Shown here piece by piece: positions 25,973-34,956 of a stretch of 64,000 bases of DNA. The stretch is from IMG/VR virus record IMGVR_UViG_3300045836_000008; one strand, given 5' to 3'. This stretch comes from a virus (taxonomy: Duplodnaviria > Heunggongvirae > Uroviricota > Caudoviricetes). The notes below the pieces were generated by a model. The model made no database searches. It was not told the origin of the DNA and saw nothing but the letters and a program-made list of their open reading frames with translations. Every line of letters begins with the position of its first letter. Position 1 is the stretch's first letter. Both the position numbers and the translations under genes were made by a program.

Positions 25973-27700
25973 ATGAACAAGACGATTTCATCACTGGTGC
26001 AGTCACAGTTCCCGCAGTTCGTGCGGGAAGACTATCCCACACTCGTCGCGTTCATTCAAGCGTACTACCAGTATCTTGAACTGCAAAAGAATCCGCAAGA
26101 TGTCCTAACCAACCTGATGTCGTACCGCGACATCGATAGGACTCTTGACGAATTCGTTGTCAAGTTTGAGAAGGAGTACATTGATGGACTGCCGCAGAAT
26201 GTGGTGGGCGATAAGCGCCGCTTCATCAAGCACGTCACCGACCTGTACAACACAAAGGGGACGGAAGAATCGTATCGCCTGTTGTTCCGACTGCTGTTCG
26301 GTGAAGAAATCGAACTGTACTACCCGAAACAACAGATGCTTGTGGCATCGGGCGGTACATGGTCGCAACGCAATTCGATTCAGGTCATTCTCGATCCGGG
26401 CGTGTCACCGGATTGCGTCAACAAGACGATCAAGATCAATACAGCGAATGGCGTCATCAACACGTACATCACCGATGTGGTTGCGTTGAATGTCGAAGAA
26501 CGTCTGTATGAACTGTTCATCCACAAGAACTTCGCGATCCTTCCGAATCCGGGTGATCGCGTCGTCGGCAAGAACCTAGCCGGTACGTGTCAAGCAACAG
26601 CGATCCAAGCGGACATTCTGTCTGGTGGTGCTGGCTTCCATGTGGGACAGGTATTCGAAATCAACTCGGTGTTGGGTTCGGGTGCGAAGGTCAAGGTCAC
26701 GTCCGTCGATTCGAATGGTGCAATCAAGCGTCTCGCATTCATTCAATTCGGTACGAACTACGAAGCAAGCTTTCAGGTCGCACTCGACCCGAACGTTCGC
26801 ACGTCTGGCGCAATCAACCCATACGCGTCGTACACGAACGGCTTCATTGAATCGGTGCTGGTGACGAAGGTCACGTACTTCTCGTCGGACTACTGCGACA
26901 TCACGTATTCCGGCCAGATCATCGGTTCGTCGTACACGAACGACTACCGGCCAGACAACGCACTGGACCCTTCGGTGACACCGGCAGTGGTGCAGTTCGA
27001 ACTTGGCGCGCTATGCCCGTATCGCGGCGAATACACGTCTGCTGGCGGCTTCCTTTCTGATGTGAACGTCATTCAGGACGGCTACATGTATCAGGACTTC
27101 AGCTACGTCATCAAGACGAAGCAGAAGCTTGATGACTTCAAGAACATGGTGAAGAACCTTGTTCACCCGGCTGGTACTGCGATGTTCAGTGAGATGGACC
27201 TGACATCCGACATGGACGTGTCTGCTGCGTATGACTACGCGAAGGTTCTGTCTGCTGCACTGAAGTTCTTCGAGACGTTGACGCCTACTGATGCAATCCG
27301 CTTCCTGACTGGCAAGAGCCTGACGGATTCTTCAAAGCCGATTGACACGATCAGTAAGGCAATTGGCAAGGCTTTGAATGATGCGCAGTCGTCAATCGAT
27401 AGCGTGAAGCTGAAGACCGGTAAGAACCTGACCGAAACGCAGACATCGAGCGATACCGTCACCCTGAATACCGGCAAGAACCTGACGGATTCTTCGACGT
27501 TGGCCGATTCGATCAGCAAAGCGATTGACAAGCATCGTACCGATTCAATCACGTCCACGGATGCGATTGCGCTAAATACTAGCAGGACTATCACAGGTGA
27601 TTCAGTAAGTCCAGTGGATAACACTCCATCTGCACTACTGATCGATTACTGCGATTACACATATCTCGCCCAAAACTACGTGGGCACTGTTCTCATGTAA
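25973..27700 (+). CDS. gp7: Baseplate wedge initiator (gp7-like) with C-terminal 18-aa repeats
   Basis: QFPQFVREDYPTLVAFIQAYYQYLE, LYNTKGTEESYRLLFRLLFGE, IQDGYMYQDFSYVIK, VHPAG. Confidence 0.8.
   Translation: MNKTISSLVQSQFPQFVREDYPTLVAFIQAYYQYLELQKNPQDVLTNLMSYRDIDRTLDEFVVKFEKEYIDGLPQNVVGDKRRFIKHVTDLYNTKGTEESYRLLFRLLFGEEIELYYPKQQMLVASGGTWSQRNSIQVILDPGVSPDCVNKTIKINTANGVINTYITDVVALNVEERLYELFIHKNFAILPNPGDRVVGKNLAGTCQATAIQADILSGGAGFHVGQVFEINSVLGSGAKVKVTSVDSNGAIKRLAFIQFGTNYEASFQVALDPNVRTSGAINPYASYTNGFIESVLVTKVTYFSSDYCDITYSGQIIGSSYTNDYRPDNALDPSVTPAVVQFELGALCPYRGEYTSAGGFLSDVNVIQDGYMYQDFSYVIKTKQKLDDFKNMVKNLVHPAGTAMFSEMDLTSDMDVSAAYDYAKVLSAALKFFETLTPTDAIRFLTGKSLTDSSKPIDTISKAIGKALNDAQSSIDSVKLKTGKNLTETQTSSDTVTLNTGKNLTDSSTLADSISKAIDKHRTDSITSTDAIALNTSRTITGDSVSPVDNTPSALLIDYCDYTYLAQNYVGTVLM
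27311..27580 (+). repeat. Five degenerate 54-nt (18-aa) tandem repeats in the gp7 C-terminus
   Basis: GKSLTDSSKPIDTISKAI / GKALNDAQSSIDSVKLKT / GKNLTETQTSSDTVTLNT / GKNLTDSSTLADSISKAI / DKHRTDSITSTDAIALNT. Confidence 0.75.
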
Positions 27701-27708
27701 GGACCAAA

Positions 27709-28146
27709 ATGCAAGATTTTCTTAAAGCTGTTGGCACGCTTCAAATCGTCCTGACCGACGAGTTTGGCAATGTCAAGGAAACGCGTGACCTGAAGAACAT
27801 CGTCACGTCCGTGGGTAAGGCATGGATCGCGGCGATGATGGCTGCAACCCCGCCAGCACTGATGTCAAATATGGCAATCGGTACGGGCACGACTGCGGCT
27901 GACCCTTCACAAACAACTCTGGTCACGGAAACGGCACGCGTTGTGTTGTCGTCAACCGTGGTCAACTCGAATACCGTGACCTACACGGCAACGTTCGGCG
28001 CTGGTCAAGGTACTGGTGCAGTGACAGAAGCGGGCATTTTCAATGCTGCTACTGCTGGCACGATGCTGAACCGCACGACCTTCTCTGCAATCAACAAGGG
28101 CGCGTCTGACACCATCTCGATCACGTGGGTTGTCACGCTGCAATAA
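27709..28146 (+). CDS. Putative baseplate/tail structural protein
   Basis: MAIGTGTT...LVTETARV...VTEAGIFNAATAGTMLNRTTFSAINKG; located between gp7 and gp8. Confidence 0.75.
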   Translation: MQDFLKAVGTLQIVLTDEFGNVKETRDLKNIVTSVGKAWIAAMMAATPPALMSNMAIGTGTTAADPSQTTLVTETARVVLSSTVVNSNTVTYTATFGAGQGTGAVTEAGIFNAATAGTMLNRTTFSAINKGASDTISITWVVTLQ

Positions 28147-28152
28147 TAAGCC

Positions 28153-29703
28153 ATGACGAGTTACGTTCTCAAAAATTCCATTCACACGGCGGTATGTGAG
28201 ACGTTGATTGCGGACATTCGTGCGCAACGCTCGTCTTTCTACTTCTTCGTGGGCGGGCTACAGCTTCCGGGCGTGAACATCTCGACTGATGCCGATCCTT
28301 CGTATGCCTATGAATTGGACGCACGGAACGAAATCGTCTCGCTGAAGAAGCTTCAGTCATCCGATGTGTCGTTCGTGATCCCGCGTGTCAATTGGGTATC
28401 CGGTACGGTGTATGACTACTACGATGACTACTCGCCATCGTTCCCGTCATACTCGGGCGCAACCGACATCTCACAGGCAAAGTTCTACGTGATGAACTCA
28501 CAGTTCAACGTGTACAAGTGCCTGTCGAACAATGTCAATGGGCCGTCCACTGTCGAACCGACATCGACCCTTGCTGCACCGTTCTACACGGCGGATGGCT
28601 ATCGCTGGAAGTACATGTATGCGATCCCGCTGTCGATGCGCAATCGCTTCCTGAATTCGGCCTACATGCCGGTACAAACCGCGCTGCTGGACCAGTTCTA
28701 TTCGGCTGGTCAGATTGTCTCGAAGGTGATTCTGAATCCGGGTACGGGCTACGTTCAGGCATCCACATCAATCGTCGTTGAAGGCGACGGTACTGGTGCA
28801 GTGCTGACACCGGTCGTGTCGAACGGCCAGATCGTACAGGTGATCGTGAACAATCCGGGTTCTGGATACACGTATGCGAACCTGACGGTTGAAGGTGTGG
28901 GTTCTGGTGCAGAAATCGTTGCGGACCTGTCTGTAGGCGATTTGGACACGTCACAAGCTGACGTTGAACTGTTGGCCGTACCGGGTTCACTTGAAGCCTA
29001 TCGCATCACGGATCAGGGATTTGGCTACACACAGGCAACCGTCTCGATCACTGGCGATGGCACTGGTGCAACGGCACATGTGCAGATCAGCAACAACCGT
29101 ATCGTGGCCCTGATCGTGGACAACCCCGGCCAAGGCTACACGACTGCCACGGTGACGATCACTGGTGACGGTCTGGGCGCTACGGCGATCCCGGTCATCG
29201 CACCGTGGGGCGGTCATGGCAAGAATGCGGTCAATGAACTGTATGCACAACGTCTGTCGTTCTTCTCGAATCTGTTGAACGACAAGAACCAAGGTCTTCA
29301 GATCAGCAACCAGTTCCGCCAGATCGGCATCCTTCGCGCACCGACTGCGTATGGTAGCGATCAGCTTTACACGTCATTGAACGCTTCGGCCCTGATGCTG
29401 ATTAACTTCAGTGGTCCTGCACCAAGCAACAACGATGTGTTGGCTGAACAGAACACCGGCAAGCGGTTCCGCGTGATTCAGGTGACAGGTACGCAGATGG
29501 TCGTGCAGAACCTAGACAACTTTGCCCTGCAAGGAAACTCGGTTCTGTTGAATCAAAACTCGGGAAGCCAAGTTGGCGCAGTGACGATTGTGAATCCGCA
29601 AATCGACAAGTTCTCTGGTGATCTTCTGTTCATCGACAACTTTGCGATCAATCAGCAAGCGGGACAACAGATCATCATTTTCAAGACAACTCTCAAATTC
29701 TAA
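28153..29703 (+). CDS. gp8: Baseplate wedge subunit
   Basis: VIPRVNWVSGTVYDYYDD, FYVMNSQFNVYKCLSN, DGYRWKYMY, PWGGHG, FRQIGIL. Confidence 0.9.
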   Translation: MTSYVLKNSIHTAVCETLIADIRAQRSSFYFFVGGLQLPGVNISTDADPSYAYELDARNEIVSLKKLQSSDVSFVIPRVNWVSGTVYDYYDDYSPSFPSYSGATDISQAKFYVMNSQFNVYKCLSNNVNGPSTVEPTSTLAAPFYTADGYRWKYMYAIPLSMRNRFLNSAYMPVQTALLDQFYSAGQIVSKVILNPGTGYVQASTSIVVEGDGTGAVLTPVVSNGQIVQVIVNNPGSGYTYANLTVEGVGSGAEIVADLSVGDLDTSQADVELLAVPGSLEAYRITDQGFGYTQATVSITGDGTGATAHVQISNNRIVALIVDNPGQGYTTATVTITGDGLGATAIPVIAPWGGHGKNAVNELYAQRLSFFSNLLNDKNQGLQISNQFRQIGILRAPTAYGSDQLYTSLNASALMLINFSGPAPSNNDVLAEQNTGKRFRVIQVTGTQMVVQNLDNFALQGNSVLLNQNSGSQVGAVTIVNPQIDKFSGDLLFIDNFAINQQAGQQIIIFKTTLKF

Positions 29704-29714
29704 GTAGACCATAA

Positions 29715-30761
29715 ATGTCTCTATACACAATCGTCTATCGCAGCACTAAGGGGTCGCCACTTACGAATTCGGAAGTTGACGGCAACTTTCAGGCATTCGA
29801 TACATACAAGGTCAACGTGGACGGTTCGATGCCGTTCACTGGCCCGGTGACTGCACCTTCGTTTGTCGGTGTCCATAACGGCATCGTGCAGAACAGCGGC
29901 GCAAGCCAACTTGGTACGGGTACGTTCATCGGCTATGGTGCAACTGCTAACCAAGAAGTTGACTTCGGATTCCAGACGAATTCGGTTCAACGCTGGTATA
30001 TGTCCGTCAGTGGTACGGCGGGCGAGTTCTTTAAGCTGAACTACACAGACACATCGGGCAACTACAAGCAGACGACCTTCAGCGTGGATAACGCGACGGG
30101 TGTTCTGTCTTTCCCAAGCGTGGTTCCACAAATCACGGCGGCGATGCCATCCTTGTCGGACAGTTCATCGAACATTCCGACGACTGCATGGGTGCAAGGC
30201 CAAGGCTACATCACGGCCAATGGTACTGCTAAGTATGTGACCACGATCACGTCAGCACAGGTGACGGGCGCACTGGCTTACACACCGGTCCAACAGGGCA
30301 CAGGTACGGGCCAAGGTTCCAACGTCATCAAGATTGGTTGGGGCACGAATACCGGTAACGGTGTGAAGATCACGGTCGATTCGACGGACCAAGGCTTCAT
30401 TCCGATGTCGTCAACTGCTCCGGGTAAGTTCACGTACTCAGGCGACATCGTTGCAACCGGCAACGTCACGGCGTACTCGGATGAATCGCTGAAGAAGAAT
30501 TGGGATGCAGTCCCGTCCGACTTCGTTGAAAACCTGACCACGGTCAAGTCTGGTTCTTTCGAACGTGTTGACCTGAATGGCGAACGCCAAGTCGGTGTGT
30601 CGGCACAGTCGCTTCAAGAAGTGATGCCACTCGCCGTGCAACAAAACGATGATGGTCTGATGTCAGTGTCATACGGTAACGCGGCACTGGTCGCTGCTAT
30701 CGAATTGGCTAAACGTGTTGTCGAACTGGAAGCACGTCTGGCAGCACTCGAAGGGAAATAA
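29715..30761 (+). CDS. Tail fibre protein with C-terminal intramolecular chaperone (S74/ICA) domain
   Basis: RSTKGSPLTNSEVDGNF N-terminus; YSDESLKKN...GVSAQSLQEVMP...SVSYGN plus coiled-coil end. Confidence 0.8.
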   Translation: MSLYTIVYRSTKGSPLTNSEVDGNFQAFDTYKVNVDGSMPFTGPVTAPSFVGVHNGIVQNSGASQLGTGTFIGYGATANQEVDFGFQTNSVQRWYMSVSGTAGEFFKLNYTDTSGNYKQTTFSVDNATGVLSFPSVVPQITAAMPSLSDSSSNIPTTAWVQGQGYITANGTAKYVTTITSAQVTGALAYTPVQQGTGTGQGSNVIKIGWGTNTGNGVKITVDSTDQGFIPMSSTAPGKFTYSGDIVATGNVTAYSDESLKKNWDAVPSDFVENLTTVKSGSFERVDLNGERQVGVSAQSLQEVMPLAVQQNDDGLMSVSYGNAALVAAIELAKRVVELEARLAALEGK

Positions 30762-30764
30762 CCC

Positions 30765-32021
30765 ATGACAATCAAAACGTCTGGCACACTCGCCATGACG
30801 GACATCGCATCGGAATTCGGCGTCACCATTGGTGCGTCGTATCCGGTGTCGCTGTCGCAGTTCTACCGTGGCGGCAGTTTTGTCCCGAATGGTGCAGCGG
30901 CCAATGTCAACGTGCCTACGAGTGGGGCAATCTCAATTGGTTCGATGTATGGTGCATCGAAGGTTCTCACGCTGAACCTGACATCAAGCACGTACAACTT
31001 CAATTTGCTGAACGCGATCAATGGTGCTTATGGCACACAGACGCAAGCAGTCGTCGTCGCACTTACGATCAACTCGGGTGTGACGGTCGGCGCATCGTCA
31101 AGCTGGTGGGCGCTCGACATCGGTCAGTTCCCGGCTGGTTCGATCATCACCATCAACAACTACGGTTCGATCCAAGGTCAACCGGGTGCGGGCGGCGGTT
31201 ACTACTCTGGCGGCGGTCAAGGCGGTCACTGTATCAATGCCGCATACAGCAACCAGACGATGATTATCAACAACTACTCGTCTGGTCAGATCATCGCGGG
31301 CGGCGGCGGCGGCGGTTCTGGTGGTGCTGGCGGTACAGGTGGTCAAGGCGGCGGTGGTTACTGGCAATACAACTACTGGTCCCCGCAGCAATGGTCTGGT
31401 GCTGGCGGCGCGTATTCATGGTCGTGGGACTCGTACTTCAACGTCTCTGACGGCTATTGGGGCGGCGCTCACGTGTTCTCTGTCGGTGGTCAGCCGGGAC
31501 AGGTGAACAACTATCTGCGCGGCAACAACAACCAGAACACGGTAGGTACGGCCACAATTGGCGGTGGTGAGAACGCATACACGACCAACTACACGATCTA
31601 CTGGTACGCCATCATGCAGCTATGGACGGGTACGAACTACACGTCTGGTGGTGCTGGCGGCGGCGGCGGCGCTGGTGGTGCTGGTGGACACGGTACTGGC
31701 TATGGCACATCGGCTGTAGGTGGTGCTGGTGGTGCGGCTGGTGCTGGCGGCGGCTCGCCGGGTACGAATGCAGGTTGGGGCGGTCAAGGCGGTACGGGCG
31801 GCACTGGTGGTGCTGGCGGCGGTTGGGGTTCATATGGCGGCGCTGGTGCGACTGGCTACACCGGTAACACTGGTGGTGCTGGTAACAACGGCGGCGGCGC
31901 GGGCGGTGGTGCAGGTCAAGGTGGTGCTGGCGGCGGCGCACCGGGCTACTACATCTACCGCAATGGTTCGAACTGTTCGATCAACAATAGTGGCGGCTGG
32001 TTGGCTGGCCTACTGAGTTAA
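30765..32021 (+). CDS. Glycine-rich adhesin-like protein (gp38-like)
   Basis: SGTLAMTDIASEFG...SLSQFYRGG...VPTSGAISI N-terminus, then poly-Gly tracts (GGGGGGSGG, GGAGGGGG) flanking a Trp/Tyr-rich segment. Confidence 0.75.
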   Translation: MTIKTSGTLAMTDIASEFGVTIGASYPVSLSQFYRGGSFVPNGAAANVNVPTSGAISIGSMYGASKVLTLNLTSSTYNFNLLNAINGAYGTQTQAVVVALTINSGVTVGASSSWWALDIGQFPAGSIITINNYGSIQGQPGAGGGYYSGGGQGGHCINAAYSNQTMIINNYSSGQIIAGGGGGGSGGAGGTGGQGGGGYWQYNYWSPQQWSGAGGAYSWSWDSYFNVSDGYWGGAHVFSVGGQPGQVNNYLRGNNNQNTVGTATIGGGENAYTTNYTIYWYAIMQLWTGTNYTSGGAGGGGGAGGAGGHGTGYGTSAVGGAGGAAGAGGGSPGTNAGWGGQGGTGGTGGAGGGWGSYGGAGATGYTGNTGGAGNNGGGAGGGAGQGGAGGGAPGYYIYRNGSNCSINNSGGWLAGLLS

Positions 32022-32025
32022 ACAA

Positions 32026-32514
32026 ATGGCAGACACTTCAACACTCAAATACACAGTCGATGGTTACGATCCGGCACACAAGGTGCTGTTCGTGACCTTC
32101 CCCGATGAAGGCCGCAAGGTCAACATCGGTATCCAAACCTTTCCGACGACACAAGCTGATCTTGATGCAATCGTAAAGCCCTTTGCTGCACCGGTCGAAG
32201 CTGCTGCTGAAGCAATCGCGGCTGCAAAGGCGGATGATCCATCATTCGTCGCTTCGATTGTCGGCAAGACTCACGTCACGGCACGCATCTCAACTGAAGC
32301 GGCGAAGGGTGTGGACACTACGACCGCCAATGACCTTGTTGTTGGTGACACGACGCTGAAGGCCGAGAACGTGAAGTCTGCGGACGTGGCCTACATCAAG
32401 GCACTGATCGCAGAAGTTCTGGCCGATCAAGCGAAGGCTGTAGCGACTACGGCTACGACTGAAGCACAAACGGCTGCACCGGCAGTCGCTACAACCACAA
32501 CTGAAGCGAGCTAA
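32026..32514 (+). CDS. Hypothetical Ala/Thr-rich protein (possible fibre accessory)
   Basis: ORF directly after the adhesin gene. Confidence 0.65.
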   Translation: MADTSTLKYTVDGYDPAHKVLFVTFPDEGRKVNIGIQTFPTTQADLDAIVKPFAAPVEAAAEAIAAAKADDPSFVASIVGKTHVTARISTEAAKGVDTTTANDLVVGDTTLKAENVKSADVAYIKALIAEVLADQAKAVATTATTEAQTAAPAVATTTTEAS

Positions 32515-32516
32515 AC

Positions 32517-33476
32517 ATGAGTGACACGGCACAATACTACTTCCATCGTACATTGATGCCGCCACTCTCGAAGCCATCGGAGATTCCGCACCTGTATGAC
32601 CGGACGCAAAAGCTTTTCCCGCGTCCCGAAATCAAGTGCCTAACTCCGATTGGCGATCCGAATGGCGAGAAGTTCACTGTCGATGAACTGATGGCAAACC
32701 GCGTGCAGGAAATCATCGCGGCTGCGAATGGCCGTAGGATCGCAATCTGCTGGTCTGGTGGGCTTGATTCAACATCGGTGCTACTCGCCTTCATGGATGC
32801 CCTGAAGCCCGCTGAAATCAGTGTGGTGATGAACCAGAAGTCGATTGACGAGTATCCGCTGTTCTACGAGAAGTACATCAAGGATCAGATGAACGTGATC
32901 GAGATGCCGGAATACGCGGTCGAAGGCACGATGAATCAGGTCGTACTCGATGGTTACGTGGTGGTCACTGGCGAGATTGGCGATCAGATGTTCGGTTCGA
33001 TCAAGTACATGGAATACGAAGATCAAGCGGACCTGTTGAAGCCTTGGACAGAAGTCCTGAATGGTGTGTCCGCTGATACACGGTCGGCCTATCAAACACT
33101 GGTCAATGCCTGTCCGGTTCCGATGACGACCGTCAAGATGTTCTGGTGGTGGTTCAACTATGCGATCAAGTACCAAGGCGTACAGCTTCGCATGATGATT
33201 TCCGCACCGGACACGCGACTAAATGATAATGTGTTCCACTTCTTTGACAACAAGGCGTGGAACGATTGGTGTCTCTACACCGATCAGGAAGTCCGCTATC
33301 CGGGCACTGACCCGTTGCAGTACAAGAAGCCGCTGAAGGATTACATCCTGTCCAAGAATGGCGATCAGGACTACTACGCCCACAAGGGTAAGGTACGGTC
33401 ACTCATCATCTATCATGGCAAGCTGGCGCAGTTCTACGAAGCGGACACAATTGACATCAACTGGAAACGAACATGA
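32517..33476 (+). CDS. Asparagine-synthetase-like PP-loop ATP pyrophosphatase (no glutaminase domain)
   Basis: IAICWSGGLDST PP-loop; VVTGEIGDQMFG resembles the AsnB GEGADELFG motif. Confidence 0.7.
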   Translation: MSDTAQYYFHRTLMPPLSKPSEIPHLYDRTQKLFPRPEIKCLTPIGDPNGEKFTVDELMANRVQEIIAAANGRRIAICWSGGLDSTSVLLAFMDALKPAEISVVMNQKSIDEYPLFYEKYIKDQMNVIEMPEYAVEGTMNQVVLDGYVVVTGEIGDQMFGSIKYMEYEDQADLLKPWTEVLNGVSADTRSAYQTLVNACPVPMTTVKMFWWWFNYAIKYQGVQLRMMISAPDTRLNDNVFHFFDNKAWNDWCLYTDQEVRYPGTDPLQYKKPLKDYILSKNGDQDYYAHKGKVRSLIIYHGKLAQFYEADTIDINWKRT

Positions 33477-34144
33477 TTCTGAAGCAAGGTCGTATCACAT
33501 CCCAACACGAAGGCAACAAGGTATTCATCCACAAGGCGTATGGCTATTGGTTCATGTTCGATAGCCTGAACGGCAAACCGGGTACGTGGTACGGCATTTG
33601 TAAAGGCAATGACATCATCGTTGAGATGGACAAGTCCGGTGAACCGCAATTCATCTGCAAGGACCGTGTGTTCGCAGTGACGGGCGACTTGATCGAGATT
33701 CACACAGATCGCGGCATCCCCGCTGACCTGTACCTGATCTTCATCGAAGGCTACACCGGTCAGAACGTGCTTGGTGTGAAGGTGGAAGAGAAGGGCCGAC
33801 TGAAGTACATCGACGGCTGCACCGATTCACTGCTTGTCTATCCGCCACGTCTGGGTGATCCTGCACTGAACCATCTGCACTTCCCGCCCGGTATCGACCA
33901 GACATTCCATACGCATCCGTCGATCCGTGTTGGCATTGTCTACCGTGGTCACGGTGTGGCATCGTTCCCTGACGGTGAACACGAACTCGCTGAAGGCGAC
34001 ATCTTCATCCTTGAAGTGGGCGAAGAACACCGCTTCCGTACATCGGACAGCACGATGGACATCATTGCATTCCATCCCGACAGTGATACTGGTCCTACGG
34101 ATGAAGATCACCCGATGATTAACCGGACCATCATCGAAAAATGA
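33473..34144 (+). CDS. Cupin-domain protein
   Basis: FHTHPSIRVGIVYRGHG (HxH) and GDIFILEVGEEHRFRT cupin motifs. Confidence 0.75.
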   Translation: MILKQGRITSQHEGNKVFIHKAYGYWFMFDSLNGKPGTWYGICKGNDIIVEMDKSGEPQFICKDRVFAVTGDLIEIHTDRGIPADLYLIFIEGYTGQNVLGVKVEEKGRLKYIDGCTDSLLVYPPRLGDPALNHLHFPPGIDQTFHTHPSIRVGIVYRGHGVASFPDGEHELAEGDIFILEVGEEHRFRTSDSTMDIIAFHPDSDTGPTDEDHPMINRTIIEK

Positions 34145-34836
34145 ATCGTTGGGACTTCTCAAAGTCACGATCCAAGTATCACTTCGACCCGACCATCGTA
34201 GAAGACGATAATCTTCCATTCAAAATAGTGGGTCGGGTCGAAGGTGATCTTGTGGCGCACCTTCAGGCTGCGCTGCAAGCTAATCCCGTCCGGGCGAACG
34301 GGTTCAAGAATCGCCTACAAGTTCAGAACGATGTGACGCACAAGCCGTTCACATACGACATGGATCAGGAAGAACTACGTGACCTTGGTCTGCACGAAGA
34401 CCACACGTTCTTCAACAACCTGAAGCCCGCTACCGATGTTCTCTTGAAGATTCGAGACGCATTCGGTTTCAAGCCCGAACGGTTTGGCGGCGGGTTCCAT
34501 ATCCAGAAACCCGGCATGATGTTCCCGTACCATGTGGACGAGATTCCGAACATCAAGGACAACGATCCGAACCATTGGATCGATCAGCATCCCGAATCAG
34601 TAGCACGCCTAGAGATTATGGTGTACGACTGGCAACCGGGCCACGTCTGGGCCTATGGCAACACCTACTGGAAGCAATGGAAGGCCGGTGACATCGCATG
34701 GCACAACTGGCGCGATACGCCGCACGGCACATGCAACTTTGGTCGCACTGATCGCGTGACCCTTCAGGCAACCGGCTGGACGACAGACAAAACTATCAAA
34801 ATGATCGAATCCGGCAACAATGTTGTCTATATCTGA
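34141..34836 (+). CDS. 2OG-Fe(II) dioxygenase-like (Asp/Asn beta-hydroxylase-like) protein
   Basis: QKPGMMFPYHVD (HxD), WKAGD, PHGTCNFGRTDRVTLQATG (distal H and R). Confidence 0.75.
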   Translation: MNRWDFSKSRSKYHFDPTIVEDDNLPFKIVGRVEGDLVAHLQAALQANPVRANGFKNRLQVQNDVTHKPFTYDMDQEELRDLGLHEDHTFFNNLKPATDVLLKIRDAFGFKPERFGGGFHIQKPGMMFPYHVDEIPNIKDNDPNHWIDQHPESVARLEIMVYDWQPGHVWAYGNTYWKQWKAGDIAWHNWRDTPHGTCNFGRTDRVTLQATGWTTDKTIKMIESGNNVVYI

Positions 34837-34882
34837 CACTATCACGGCCAAGTGAAATCACACGGCCACGTTACGACACCCG

Positions 34883-34909
34883 ACCCGCCCTTGTGGCGGG
34901 TTTTCTTTT
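34883..34909 (+). terminator. Rho-independent terminator
   Basis: acccgcc-cttgt-ggcgggt followed by TTTCTTTT. Confidence 0.85.
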
Positions 34910-34910
34910 G

Positions 34911-34917
34911 CTAAATA
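34911..34917 (+). promoter_or_regulatory. Late promoter (CTAAATA)
   Basis: Immediately after the terminator, about 40 nt before ATG 34957. Confidence 0.75.
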
Positions 34918-34956
34918 GTATCCAACGAATACAACTTCCTATATTCAAGGAAAAGA

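Noticed and set aside
31290-31950. GGCGGC/GGTGCT repeats as a CRISPR array or microsatellite
   Set aside because: They are in-frame poly-Gly codons of the adhesin, with no constant repeat-spacer period
32517-33476. QueC (7-deazaguanine DNA modification) call from SGGLDST
   Set aside because: The motif is not at the extreme N-terminus, there is no C-terminal Cys zinc cluster, an AsnB-like GExGDxxFG motif is present, and no queD/queE/folE/dpdA-like gene was seen in the window
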